From NCBI GenBank assembly GCA_963782525.1, contig CAWAKC010000009.1, positions 32,001 through 96,000 of the forward strand: a stretch of DNA of 64,000 nucleotides, read 5' to 3'. The notes under the pieces were generated by a model. That model saw only the letters and a program-made list of their open reading frames with translations, made no database searches and was not told where the DNA came from. Origin of the DNA: Candidatus Bathyarchaeota archaeon (GTDB lineage Archaea > Thermoproteota > Bathyarchaeia > Bathyarchaeales > Bathycorpusculaceae). This document shows positions 37,914 to 47,440 of the stretch, in pieces. The translations under genes and the position numbers were made by a program. Positions within the stretch are counted from its first letter, which is position 1. Each line of letters starts with the position of its first letter.

Positions 37914-38135
37914 TTGGAGGCAAAGGTCAAAATCAAAGAAGAAGGAATAGTTATTCCAAAGAAGCTTTTCAAGGAAATGGTCGGCACTTACATTAAGATG
38001 GAGCAGATACTTGCGACGTTAGAGACACTTGCAGATAAAGAAACATTAACAGCGATTGAGGAAAGCAAAAAACAGGTGGCTAAAGGCGAATACGTTGAGT
38101 GCTCAATCAATGACCTAGAAAAAGTCTTGAAATAA
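37914..38135 (+). CDS. RelB-like antitoxin
   Basis: ETLETLAD...AIEESK..V.KGE; directly upstream of RelE. Confidence 0.75.
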   Translation: MEAKVKIKEEGIVIPKKLFKEMVGTYIKMEQILATLETLADKETLTAIEESKKQVAKGEYVECSINDLEKVLK

Positions 38136-38136
38136 C

Positions 38137-38391
38137 ATGCCCTACACCGCAAGATTTTCTAAAGCATTCCTTAAAAAAGAGAAACAATTGCCAAGCACAG
38201 TAAAATCTAGAATTGTGGAAACACTTAAAGAAACGCTCATCAAGCCCGGCAGCGGCATCATGCTTGTTGGTCCACTTAAGGGTTTATGGAAAGTACGAGT
38301 TGGAAAATATCGAATTATCTATGAAATTGATGAGCAAGAGAAAAAAGTTATTTTCCATGATGTTGAACTCAGGAAAAAAGTGTATGAATAA
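38137..38391 (+). CDS. relE: RelE/ParE-family toxin
   Basis: L.GPLKGLWKVRVGKYRIIYEIDE..V.LRKKVY. Confidence 0.9.
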   Translation: MPYTARFSKAFLKKEKQLPSTVKSRIVETLKETLIKPGSGIMLVGPLKGLWKVRVGKYRIIYEIDEQEKKVIFHDVELRKKVYE

Positions 38392-38465
38392 AATATACAC
38401 AGCAAATAAAATGAAAAAGAAATATACAGTCCTAGATTCTTAAAGTAGCAAGTTTCTCAACGAAT

Positions 38466-38567
38466 CTTAGCTCCGCTCGCGGAAAAATTTGCGATGCACA
38501 AAAAACCTGCCTTGTCTGTAGTAGTCTGGGAGCATCCAAAATAGAACAGGTAGAAGAAGAAGAGCGA
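38466..38567 (+). repeat. Relic of the origin spacer and right iteron arm at the island's right junction
   Basis: GCTCCGCT.GCG.AAAA.TTTGCGATG..CAAAAA.CCTGC..GAAGAAGAG aligns with 34326..34428. Confidence 0.7.
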
Positions 38568-38722
38568 AAAAATTTTTCCAATCTTGGTTGTTTCTATCGA
38601 ATCCTCTACTAATTCGGGTTATTGAGAAATCGCAGAACAAAGGGTCTCTTTCATTAGTTGTTATAATGTTATTTTTTGAAACAGATTAACTTGATTTATA
38701 AGTTCGCTCTAAGAATTCGCGT

Positions 38723-39421
38723 TTAATATGTTGCTTCGGACATTATGCGCATAAAAATTTCGACACTGTTCATGAATCCAAGCTTCTTCTCACCCAACCG
38801 CTCACGATATTTTATCGGAACTTCAACAATGCCAAAACCTTCCCGCTCCACATGATGATTAAGCTCCACCTCAACATCAAAACCCTTAGATCTTACACTC
38901 CAATTTCTAAGAAGCTTCGCACGCACAACACGCAATCCCGTCAACGGATCCGCTAAAGACACTCCATTTAGAATATTGTGTGCAAAAGCAATTAACCGAT
39001 TGCCCAAATAAAATACGGCATTCAAACCCTTTAAATCCAAATAACCGCTAAATCGGTTTCCACAAACCATGCCCACTTCAGGATTTTCATCCAAAATCTG
39101 AATCATTCCGGGAACATGTTCAGCAGGATATGTGTAATCTGCATCGGTTATAACAATATAATCAACGGTTAAGTCCGAACACTTAATCGCCGTAGCTAAC
39201 GCAGCACCCTTGCCTAATCCCTCCTGCAAAATAATTTGGGCACCCAGGTTCTTAGCTACCTCGACGGTACGATCAGTGCTTCTACCATCCACAACCAAAA
39301 TCTGCGTATTCTTCAAAGTTTTGCATAGCTCAGATATGGTGAGGCCAATGCCCTCTTCCTCGTTTAGCGCAGCTATGAGAACCTGCGTAGAAGGAGTACT
39401 AGGCACTTCTTTTTTCACCAT
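38723..39421 (-). CDS. GT2 glycosyltransferase (DPM-like), paralog of 18321..19019
   Basis: Same length (232 aa) with few substitutions. Confidence 0.9.
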   Translation of the reverse strand: MVKKEVPSTPSTQVLIAALNEEEGIGLTISELCKTLKNTQILVVDGRSTDRTVEVAKNLGAQIILQEGLGKGAALATAIKCSDLTVDYIVITDADYTYPAEHVPGMIQILDENPEVGMVCGNRFSGYLDLKGLNAVFYLGNRLIAFAHNILNGVSLADPLTGLRVVRAKLLRNWSVRSKGFDVEVELNHHVEREGFGIVEVPIKYRERLGEKKLGFMNSVEIFMRIMSEATY

Positions 39422-39646
39422 CTATCAACACTCTTTTTTACGGCTACAAACTTTAAACTATAAATGCCTTTTAGTCGATACGATAATATATCAACGTTTA
39501 TAATCCCAAATTGCCAATCCTACTAGCGCAACAACCCAACAATTTACGAAAAATCTGCAAAGTTGTTTCTCTCGACATGTATAGCTGACAATCAAAAAGC
39601 CTTATATATTAAGAGTCAAGCAGGAGTACAATACAGGTGTGCCGAA

Positions 39647-39769
39647 ATGATAAATGCAACCTGTAGAAAAAAACACAGTAAACTCGCATTAGTTTCGCTC
39701 GCTCCCTTGTTCTTGGTGATCTTTGTTGTCGGCTGGATCCTATCTTGGATAGGACAATTAAGCCATTAA
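39647..39769 (+). CDS. 40-aa basic single-TM peptide
   Basis: MINATCRKKHSKLALVSLAPLFLVIFVVGWILSWIGQLSH; TTATATATTAA box at ~39602; homolog at 42257. Confidence 0.55.
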   Translation: MINATCRKKHSKLALVSLAPLFLVIFVVGWILSWIGQLSH

Positions 39770-40163
39770 ACATCCACAAACACTAACTCCCCCAAAAATA
39801 TCTCGCAAATGAAAAAAACCTAATGCAAAAAACCAGCTAAAGCCCCCAACTCCAAAACAAAAATCGGACCCAGCACTAATGAATCCCTTCCTGACAGAAG
39901 CAGACAGAAACAAAAACAACTCTAATTAATCGTTAAAGCACTTTCTCCTTCCTCAAATGAACAAATGTTACTTTCCCCACAACGTCTATTAAAGACTTAT
40001 TGGACCCTACCACGACATTACATGTAAGTTTCGATAAAAAATTATCAATTTCTTCCCCTCCACCCTTGCCCATTTTCATCAAGCAAACAATACAACAAAA
40101 AAAGCATATAATTTCATATTCAAATAATCGTAATGTATCAAAACACCAAAGACCTCTTGGTTT

Positions 40164-40397
40164 CTATCTACGATGTTGTTCGTCTTCAAATTGGCTTGCT
40201 ACACGTAGGACATGGACGATTAAAGCGTCTTGTAGACGTTCAGCTTCTACTGCTGTACAGGCGGGGCCTTTCAAACCCTGAAGATGCAAATCCACATGAT
40301 CCTCTATGGCCTTGTCCATTTTCTTCAAATCGGGCACCACCAGGATTTCATCTCCACACTCACACCTAACCATAACCATACTTTTGGATTTCTTCAA
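40164..40397 (-). CDS. Small putative Zn-binding protein (CxC...HxxxH)
   Basis: VRCECGDEILVVPDL..HVDLH. Confidence 0.75.
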   Translation of the reverse strand: MKKSKSMVMVRCECGDEILVVPDLKKMDKAIEDHVDLHLQGLKGPACTAVEAERLQDALIVHVLRVASQFEDEQHRR

Positions 40398-40452
40398 TTT
40401 TTCATCAGCTCATATTATTTTGATAAAAAGCAGTCAACAAAAAATTTTTCGT

Positions 40453-40803
40453 TTACGTAGGAACATCTTTTCCAAATCCGCACAACTTTTCAAGGTGCTG
40501 TCGGTCTTTTGTGTTCTTCTCAACTTCGCCCCTCAAACACGTGGAACGCTCCAGATAATCTGCATAGAGCTCAAGAAACTCTTTCCCCGACGCAGTAGTT
40601 AAATAACCAGAATCCCCATCAAACGACAAAAGAGCGTTTCCCAAAAGAGCGCTTAGGTACTTTTCAAGTTGAAGAAAACTCAAATTAGCCCTATACATGA
40701 TTCTAGTCTTGCAAACCTTAACTAACGCTATAGAAAGAACATCCCGCACAATGTCTAAACTACCACGATTGGCGGGTTTTCGATCTTTCAAAGACAAAAA
40801 CAC
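40453..40803 (-). CDS. Winged-helix regulator (HTH_45-like)
   Basis: Paralog of 20038..20400. Confidence 0.85.
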   Translation of the reverse strand: MFLSLKDRKPANRGSLDIVRDVLSIALVKVCKTRIMYRANLSFLQLEKYLSALLGNALLSFDGDSGYLTTASGKEFLELYADYLERSTCLRGEVEKNTKDRQHLEKLCGFGKDVPT

Positions 40804-41327
40804 ACCTCAACATTTTAAATTTCAAGAATACAAATCTTTTCAAATTAATGCTTAAAGTTCTAGGGGCAGTCGTGAACTTGTTTCCACTAACAAATCCCCC
40901 CGTTACCGGAGAAGACAATGCTTGAACTCTAAAGCTTAGCAATCAAGAACACTGCGGTTTAAGGGTATAAAGTATAAAGGGCAACAAGTAGAGCCCTCAG
41001 ATACACAAAAAAACCACAATCCCAGCTCAACCTACAAAAAATAGACAGTTAACGTTGAAATTTTTCAAGCAACAATAGAGCCAGAGAAGATACAACCGCT
41101 GCTGCAACAACAGAAATTTGCACACCGATTGCTGCATCTATCAGAACTAAAACCAAATTAAGCATTTACTCCTTGAAGGTTAATCTGTTTTAGCCAATGG
41201 ACCCAGAGAAGTTGTTGTTGTTGCTGCTGCAACTGCATTCCACACACAAGAGTTGCAACAACAATCAAAGACAAACCCAAACTAAACAACTTGCGTCTAA
41301 AACTCAAGAGCAACAAAAAAATACTTA

Positions 41328-41585
41328 CTAAATGGAATATCCAAGTTCATTCACTTTCCTAAGCAATAACAGCAAAGCTTTGCCTCGTGAAGTTATGCGG
41401 TAGCAACCGTTGCCTTCAACATCCTTGATTGCCTCAATGAAGCCTTTGCTTAGGAAATCTGAGAGATATCGGTTGAAACGTACGTAATTCAAGTTTGCTT
41501 GGTACATTATCCTCATTTTTTTCTGAGGCTTTAGGGTTGCTTCTAAAATGTCTATTGTGATGGTTACTTGGCTACGTTTCTGCAA
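41328..41585 (-). CDS. Winged-helix regulator (HTH_45-like); start uncertain (TTG at LQKRS assumed)
   Basis: Paralog of 20934..21209; protein similarity begins at ILQKRS. Confidence 0.75.
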   Translation of the reverse strand: MQKRSQVTITIDILEATLKPQKKMRIMYQANLNYVRFNRYLSDFLSKGFIEAIKDVEGNGCYRITSRGKALLLLLRKVNELGYSI

Positions 41586-41826
41586 TATGCTTCGCCTTAA
41601 ACAAGCATCCTCGAAAAATGCATATAAGCGGTGTTTCGAAAACCGTAATATGTCATTTATCTCGATTAAAAACATAGATTTCCCGTATTTTCTACGCAAT
41701 AAATCCAAAAGCATTTTGAATAAAAAACCAGGTAATTCCAACTCTATCAAAATATAGAATATGCTTAATATGCTAGTGAACATTTGTTAGAGGTATATTT
41801 TCTTCCTTAAGGGTGGTGAAAAAACA

Positions 41827-42117
41827 ATGAGTAAAGATCAAGTAATTGGCGGTTTAATCGCCGCTGTCTGTATTATAGTTGCTATAGTTTATCTGGTACT
41901 GCTCTTCTTTTACCCCAACATTCAATCGTCCATCAACATAGGCGCCACTGCGGACGTGCGTTTCTGGGTAATCGCTGCCCCAGTCGGCATAGCCTTCATC
42001 GCCATATTGGGTATCGGCAGCTGGATCGGCTATACGATGGCTACAACGCCGCCGCCAAAACCAATCGAAGAAATCACAACCGAAAATATTAACGAAAAAA
42101 CTCAAACCACGCCATAA
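41827..42117 (+). CDS. Conserved archaeal two-TM small membrane protein
   Basis: MSKDQVIG..WIGYTMATTPPPKPIEEI; GGTGGTGA ribosome-binding site. Confidence 0.8.
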   Translation: MSKDQVIGGLIAAVCIIVAIVYLVLLFFYPNIQSSINIGATADVRFWVIAAPVGIAFIAILGIGSWIGYTMATTPPPKPIEEITTENINEKTQTTP

Positions 42118-42256
42118 TAAAATAAAGCAAACCACCCAAAACATATCTCTCCATTTTTTGGAGAATCAACACCTAAAATTTTTCAAGATGCCAGAGAACT
42201 CGGATATTAACAAAACTTATATATTAAGAAATGCGTGACAAGAATAGGGCATAGAA

Positions 42257-42367
42257 ATGACAAAAACTACCCGAAAAAAAAGGCGTAGAAAAATAACAAT
42301 CCTCTTGCTCGCACCCATATTGGCACTTGTCTACCTACTCGGTTGGACCATCTCCTGTGCCGCCTAA
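42257..42367 (+). CDS. 36-aa basic single-TM peptide, not in the ORF track
   Basis: MTKTTRKKRRRKITILLLAPILALVYLLGWTISCAA*; same LAP..GW pattern and upstream TTATATATTAAG as 39647. Confidence 0.5.
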   Translation: MTKTTRKKRRRKITILLLAPILALVYLLGWTISCAA

Positions 42368-42860
42368 TCAAAACACAACAAACAAACAAAACACCCACAC
42401 AGCAAGACAACACACTTAGAAGTTATGCCCTATCCAAAAGAACAACAAAAAACAAACCTATTTTCCTTCAAAAATCCCGGCATAAACCATCATAAAACAG
42501 CTAACTGCTTGGAAGACTAATTCACCCGGCAACGGCTGGAGAAGCAATAATTAAAACGCCAAGCCCACAGCAACAAAACCAAATTTGCAATCTCCAAGCT
42601 TAATGAGTTGCCTACAGCGGTTTTGACTTTGAAAGGTTGTTAATGTAACTTCGCTTGAACCGTATCCTGCATGAATCTATCAGGATATACATGTCGGTCA
42701 ACCCTTTGTGGAAATCAAGCGTAACAAATCAATACCGATAAGGAAACTGAAGATAATGTTATTCTAAAACAACTTTTCAAACGCAAACACCTATTTTTTT
42801 ATGTAAATCTTTTGCGGAGACGCGCAGGAATAGTCGTCTGACCTTTCTTTGTAACAACTC

Positions 42861-43310
42861 TCATTTATCCAAACTATTTTCAGTACCGATCATTGGGAGC
42901 TTTAATTTTATAAGTTTGTTTGTTTTTTCGCAGAGTTTTTTGTCTGCAGTGAACAGAGTGGCATTTATTTTTTGTGCGGCAGCTATGAAGAGTGCGTCAT
43001 ATACTGTTATGTTTTGAGATATGGCAATGTGCATTGCTTCATCTTTTAATTCTCTTGTCGGAGTGATTGCCAAGTCATCATACAGTTTTGTAAGGTCTTC
43101 AATTGCTAAGCTTGCTTCTTTAGGCGATAGGTCTTTGAGCAAGTTTGTGTGTTTCCAAATTACATTTAGACACTCAGCCAATGCTATATCCACCGAGCAA
43201 AGGCGGTATCCTTTTTTTAAGAAGTTGGTTACTTCACTTCTAACTTCTGTGGAATCTGACTCATTGAGTACTAGTTTTGAGAGAATACTAGAGTCAAGGA
43301 TTAGTTTTAT
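42861..43310 (-). CDS. vapC: PIN-domain toxin (VapC); frame extends up to an ATA at 43310
   Basis: IKLILDSSILSKLVL..AECLNVIWK..ITVYDALFIAAA..TADKKL. Confidence 0.75.
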   Translation of the reverse strand: MKLILDSSILSKLVLNESDSTEVRSEVTNFLKKGYRLCSVDIALAECLNVIWKHTNLLKDLSPKEASLAIEDLTKLYDDLAITPTRELKDEAMHIAISQNITVYDALFIAAAQKINATLFTADKKLCEKTNKLIKLKLPMIGTENSLDK

Positions 43311-43522
43311 CGTTCTCGATCCTCTCTGATAAGAAGGGTTGAGTCCGCCTTTGTGTGCCTCTTTTCAGCTCTTGACTCTATCTGTTGTATGGTTTTCATA
43401 AGTTCCACTTGCTTGACTCTTTCTTCAAGGAAATTTCTAATTTCCAAACTCCACTCAGCGGGGTTTTTTTCCATTTTCTCTTTAAGATCACGCGGTATAC
43501 GGATGGTGTAGGTTGAAGACAT
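43307..43522 (-). CDS. vapB: RHH-type VapB antitoxin
   Basis: TYTIRIPRDLKEKM..WS.EIR..LIREDRER. Confidence 0.85.
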   Translation of the reverse strand: MSSTYTIRIPRDLKEKMEKNPAEWSLEIRNFLEERVKQVELMKTIQQIESRAEKRHTKADSTLLIREDRER

Positions 43523-43952
43523 AAATTATCGCCACACAACATATCCTTATTATGTTTCGAAAAATAAAAACATTATCGTCTTACAAAAAAGTATACAAAT
43601 GCGAACATTATTCAAAAATTAACTCTTGAGTTCTTGAGCAAAACCCATTCTTTATCCCAATCCCTTGGCTCTTGGAACAGGTAGACAAAGACGTCTATGT
43701 CAAGGAAGCGCATTAGGTTCTCCGTTAATTGCTGACCAACCCAGGTAATTCACCGTACTCGCCCCGACAAACTGATAATTGAGCTGGAAAATACAGTCCT
43801 GAAAACGCATTGTTAATATTCTATTAGACAAAAAGGAAGAAGTTTTTTCTTATGCAAGTAAAAGGCTATAACAGTGAACTTGCCCGTTTCAAAAAAAGAA
43901 AAATGGTTGAGTCTTTAAAAGAAGGCTCATTATGGACGCTTAACATAAAACC

Positions 43953-44141
43953 TTAGGAACGCAATTGGCGCAGCAACAAAAAGCCCAATACAGCAAAGAT
44001 GGTACCGAAACCTGAGCCTCGCAGAGGAGCACCACGAATATTTATTATTGATAATCCAGCGATCACTGAAATTATTCCGAATATAGTCAGAAGGATGGCA
44101 TGCATGTTACGGTTGCTTGTAGTTTTTACTTGTTGTCCCAT
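43953..44141 (-). CDS. Small two-TM membrane protein
   Basis: AAGGAG upstream; two hydrophobic segments. Confidence 0.5.
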   Translation of the reverse strand: MGQQVKTTSNRNMHAILLTIFGIISVIAGLSIINIRGAPLRGSGFGTIFAVLGFLLLRQLRS

Positions 44142-44428
44142 TCTAAATCTCCTTTATCCCCATCATTTCTTTTCACATATAAATTTATTGCAAAATGATT
44201 GACTTTGAAGCAAAATTCACCTAATAAATACATCTTCAATAGCATTACTTCAAATACGATACAACAATAGAAAAAAACAATTGTAAACACACTTAAACAA
44301 AACGCTCACTCTCCAAACAAAGAACTAACCACATTAAAAATAATTTCTAATTCAGAGCAACCGTTATTTCCTTTTGGAACAATGTTTCTTTCAAGTTCAT
44401 ACAAAAAAAGAAGGAAAATATTGGTTTT

Positions 44429-47233
44429 TCATGGTCGTTTTCTAAGCATTATCAGCACTACTAGAGCGAGAACTATGATGATCAGAACGAATAATCCAGC
44501 GATTGCGGGAACAAAATAGGTGTCAGCGACGGATGTTGGGGTTTGCGTTGGAGCTGCGGTTGGAGCTGGTGCGTCGACAACGCCTAAGTAGGTGGTTGCT
44601 GACGATGATCCGTAAGAATTGGTTCCTGCGAAAGTTGCTATGATCTGGTATGTTCCCGGGATTTTAGGAATGAAAGTGTATCCGTAGTTGCCATGAGTGT
44701 CACTTGTGACGTCGCCTATGTGAACAAGGTTTCCGTTTGGATCAACAGTGTCTAATGACACTGGTACTCCGATTGTATCCGTGGGCTTTGGCTGCTGCAT
44801 ATACAGGTACTCCATCCACTTCTGCATGCTTGCGTCAGAGACCGCTGGAGTGCCCTGCGTGCTGAGGGAATTTACACCTAACGCGCCAGGGGATTGATCA
44901 GTTACCGAGCCCTGTATTGTTACTGGTGCTCCCACGCTCCCGCCTGAGGACACTGTGACGCCGGTGGCACTTGGACCCTTGCCATAGCAGTAAATCATGT
45001 TGTCATAAAGATTGCCAGATATCATATAGCCATCTGCGATAGCTAAAGTTGTAGAGCCACTTTGGGTTGCATAATCTTGTATCGCCCAAATTAGCTGTCC
45101 GTTGGTAGCGTTGATGCAGCGAACTTCCGAGCCGCGTTCAAGAGGTTTAGTTGGCGAGTGCTCACTTGTATACATGTAAACTTTTCCGTCGCACACAATG
45201 CCCATGTCCAGCGGGTAATTGCCATATGCGCTTTCATAGCCGACGTTTGGAGCAGTGTAATTCCAGATGACCGCACCTGTCTTGTCATCGTAGCAGTAAA
45301 GCACACCACCGTAGCCACCCATCATAAGCGTATGATAAGCAATCACTGGAGCGCCCTCAGTCGATGTACCTGAACCGCCATAAACATCCCATGGACCCAT
45401 CGGGTCACTTGGTCCCCACAAAAGATTTCCATTAGTCAAACTGTAGCCAAACCACTGAGTCGTTTCCTTTGCAAACAAACAAAAGACTTGATCGTCGTAA
45501 CTATAAGCCATGTTCGCTCCGCCAGTTGCATACGTTATATTACCGGGCAAGGGGGCGGGAATAGTTTTGTTCCAAAGCAACGTAAGAGTGTAACCAAGGT
45601 TAGAGTTAGCTTGCGGATCTAAAGAAGCACCGTAAGAGTTTCCGTCATAGCCTGTTGCACCATAGTTTATTTGAACGCACCACGCATTCATTTGAGCCCC
45701 ACCAGCAGTGATTGATTGGGAATATCCAGGGCCTGAGAAAGAATATCCTAGGATTTGTCTGGGTACACGGTTGTCGTCGCAAATAACAGCAGTAATCGAT
45801 CCAGGAGTTAAGCCTTTGAGTTGCGGCATAGTCACGTTCATTGAATATGACGAGTGGTATTCATCAGGTACCTTCCATAATCCGCCACCAGTATTAGCCG
45901 ATGAACCAAGCGGCAAGCCATATGAAAGGAACGGTTGATAATTAACTGCGTTTATTGTTGCTCCAACTGGAGGTCTCCATGTCTGTTCACCTGTGTTTGT
46001 TCCTGGATTCCAAAATGGAATAGCTTGAGTTGAGTTCCAACAAAGGAAAGTGCCCGTGCCTGCATTGTAACTGTAAATCAATATGTTTCCATCCTGATCC
46101 GTTATTTGCGTGCCGCTAGGTACGTTAGTCAGCGTTAGTATCCAATTTCCAGTAGATGCATCGAGCATATACCATGTGCTACCTTGAGTCATCCAAAGGT
46201 AGGAGTCTATTCCTTGCCCATTTACGTTATAAACGTGCAGAAGTTGACCGAATGCCAGCTGTGGGTAAATTTGCGCAAAGGGTAAAGCATAGCCGCCAGC
46301 GCCGGCAAGAGATCCCATCGTTGCTATTGCGTTGCTTAAGCCACCGCTTGTAGCGTTCTGATACCACAGCAGTTTACCCGTGAACAAGCTGACTGCGAAA
46401 TAGCCATATTTAGGTGTGTTTTCAGTTGTTGGGTCGTTCATGTATAGTATTCCATTCATGATTATTGGAGTTGCGAATACGGTTTGGTAGTCGTTACTGT
46501 CAGAGGTTATGCCTGGCCACTGTGCATCTAAGACGCCTCCAGGGTACGCAGGCATTTCAGGTTCCTGCCATAGAATGTGGGCTGAGGCTGGTCCTGTACC
46601 CTCGTTTTGAAATTCAGGGGTGGATAACCAACCGCCTTTAAGGTAGTTGCTGGCAAGGCTTGACCATTCTCTGTTTGCAGAATTTATCGGAAGAGTCCAG
46701 TAATCTGTTGGAACTGGTGTTTCAACCCATGACGCTATTGGATCTTGGGTTACAGTGAGAGTTACTGTATTGCTTGTTGCAGGCTCAAAAAAGTCGCCGA
46801 CGTAGGGTGCTCCAGCAGGATTAGGATTAGTGCCATTTACCAGTATTTGCCCTGGCCAACTGAACACCATTGTATAAGTTCCGACTTGTGTGGGTGTGAA
46901 AGTAGTATATTGACTTGCAACTTGATCACTTGTGAAAGGTCCCAGTGTTGATTGTGTTCCGTCAGGCGCTGTAACATTCACTATAAATCCCCTAAACAGG
47001 TCACCGCCAGTGCCCGTTGAAGTCGGTACTATATTGTTTAGCCACATAACGACCTGCGTGTATTGGCCGACGCCTACTGTGCTTGGTGAGACACTTAGGT
47101 AAGCCCATGTGGGAATGTTCCATGAAGGCGTATGAGCGTTAGTATTTGGTATTAGAGTCACAGAAGCTGTCATTGAGAGGATAAAGAACAATGAAATTGT
47201 AATGGCTGCAATTTTGTTTTTTTGTATTTTCAT
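44429..47233 (-). CDS. Membrane-anchored PQQ-binding-like beta-propeller surface protein, paralog 1
   Basis: Signal peptide, P..VGVGQ Ig-like domain, G.LLW repeats, SEHSP, TPA.SD.SM..WM.Y, PT linker, TM plus RKRP. Confidence 0.9.
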   Translation of the reverse strand: MKIQKNKIAAITISLFFILSMTASVTLIPNTNAHTPSWNIPTWAYLSVSPSTVGVGQYTQVVMWLNNIVPTSTGTGGDLFRGFIVNVTAPDGTQSTLGPFTSDQVASQYTTFTPTQVGTYTMVFSWPGQILVNGTNPNPAGAPYVGDFFEPATSNTVTLTVTQDPIASWVETPVPTDYWTLPINSANREWSSLASNYLKGGWLSTPEFQNEGTGPASAHILWQEPEMPAYPGGVLDAQWPGITSDSNDYQTVFATPIIMNGILYMNDPTTENTPKYGYFAVSLFTGKLLWYQNATSGGLSNAIATMGSLAGAGGYALPFAQIYPQLAFGQLLHVYNVNGQGIDSYLWMTQGSTWYMLDASTGNWILTLTNVPSGTQITDQDGNILIYSYNAGTGTFLCWNSTQAIPFWNPGTNTGEQTWRPPVGATINAVNYQPFLSYGLPLGSSANTGGGLWKVPDEYHSSYSMNVTMPQLKGLTPGSITAVICDDNRVPRQILGYSFSGPGYSQSITAGGAQMNAWCVQINYGATGYDGNSYGASLDPQANSNLGYTLTLLWNKTIPAPLPGNITYATGGANMAYSYDDQVFCLFAKETTQWFGYSLTNGNLLWGPSDPMGPWDVYGGSGTSTEGAPVIAYHTLMMGGYGGVLYCYDDKTGAVIWNYTAPNVGYESAYGNYPLDMGIVCDGKVYMYTSEHSPTKPLERGSEVRCINATNGQLIWAIQDYATQSGSTTLAIADGYMISGNLYDNMIYCYGKGPSATGVTVSSGGSVGAPVTIQGSVTDQSPGALGVNSLSTQGTPAVSDASMQKWMEYLYMQQPKPTDTIGVPVSLDTVDPNGNLVHIGDVTSDTHGNYGYTFIPKIPGTYQIIATFAGTNSYGSSSATTYLGVVDAPAPTAAPTQTPTSVADTYFVPAIAGLFVLIIIVLALVVLIMLRKRP

Positions 47234-47440
47234 TTTTATTTTTCCTTTCCTAAAATTTATTTGGCAAGAAGATTACCTGCCAACAAGAAACCCCATATCT
47301 ACTTTAAACATATAAAATCATGTTGGTGCAGAGTCCACCAACAACGGAATCAGCTTAAGGAAACCAAAAAATTAGGGGTTGTTTCTCCAATGTATTTAAA
47401 ATTAAAAAGAAAAAAGGGAAATTGTTGTCGGTTTGATGTT

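Larger units (their letters stand above)
21300..38567. mobile_element. Integrated plasmid/satellite-like island with replication module, module relics and TA cassette array; no integrase seen
   Basis: Primase-helicase gene, RHH and wHTH regulators, at least six TA modules, dispersed repeats; flanked by the 3.1-kb direct repeats. Confidence 0.75.
38568..41655. repeat. ~3.1-kb direct repeat, copy 2
   Basis: Collinear with 18170..21260. Confidence 0.9.

Noticed and set aside
43612-43713. MRFLDIDVFVY fragment resembling a PIN-toxin N-terminus
   Set aside because: Too short to support a feature call.
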